Virus record (IMG/VR): IMGVR_UViG_3300033405_000050
Span: 1-35,159 of that record
Reading direction: 5' to 3' (one strand)
DNA length: 35,159 nucleotides
Origin: a virus
Lineage: Duplodnaviria; Caudoviricetes
The position numbers were made by a program, and so were the translations under genes. Numbering within the stretch: position 1 is the stretch's first letter; each line of letters starts with the position of its first letter. The notes beneath the pieces are model-generated. The model saw nothing but the letters and a program-made list of their open reading frames with translations. It had not been told where the DNA came from and did not search any database. Below, piece after piece: positions 35,017-35,159 of the stretch.

Positions 35017-35159
35017 CTAGGCCTTCTTCCTATTGCACCAGTCCGCATGGTGGCCGTTCTGGCCCGAACATTCTTTGCACCGCGTCGGGTTGAACTCGCA
35101 CCAGGGCGCATGGCCTTGGCCCACGCCCCACCCGCAGCCATGGCAATAGGGGTCAGGCT
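35017..35159 (-). CDS. C-terminus of a protein with two CxxC...HxxxC zinc-finger-like units (start outside the window)
   Basis: Minus frame reads ...PDPYCHGCGWGVGQGHAPWCEFNPTRCKECSGQNGHHADWCNRKKA*. Not in the ORF track. Confidence 0.75.
   Translation of the reverse strand, partial: PDPYCHGCGWGVGQGHAPWCEFNPTRCKECSGQNGHHADWCNRKKA

Noticed and set aside
34950-35141. 63-aa minus-strand ORF from the track
   Set aside because: Arg/Ala-rich and runs through a hairpin. The alternative frame with two zinc-finger units is more credible.
1-35159. Integrase, att sites, cI repressor, tRNA genes, reverse transcriptase, stop-codon recoding
   Set aside because: None was recognised. Genes end in all three stop codons with tight packing. 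Lifestyle cannot be decided from this window.

Overview
The window is most of the genome of a tailed, contractile-tail (myovirus-type) phage or prophage, probably from a Gram-negative host (inferred from the SLT endolysin and a lipoprotein). A divergent promoter region at about 915-983 separates two units. The leftward unit has a structured leader, a 77-aa ORF and a hexapeptide-repeat gene, and seems to reappear at the right end of the window. The rightward unit runs: helicase/methylase remnant, MazG-like, HTH, DnaB, replication initiator with iterons, VRR-NUC, Mor-type activator, an expanded lysis cassette, TerS/TerL, a DUF1073 portal / MuF / DUF2213 / DUF2184 head, a DUF3383 sheath tail, baseplate, fibres, then a metallophosphoesterase and DUF6378. 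No integrase, repressor, tRNA or CRISPR array was recognised. The most striking observation is that the portal carries a C-terminal encapsulin-cargo-type ferritin (EncFtn/Flp) domain with the ferroxidase motifs present. It follows an acidic linker and an A-x-D motif that recurs across the head proteins, suggesting a phage head that loads a mini-ferritin much as an encapsulin does. Other notable items are an adenine-variable 18-bp coding repeat, a GGA-rich switch-like leader RNA, an in-frame helicase::MTase deletion chimera, a free beta-helix protein inside the lysis cassette, and a signal-peptide-bearing Gly-rich tail-module protein. All family calls are by-eye motif recognition, not database searches.
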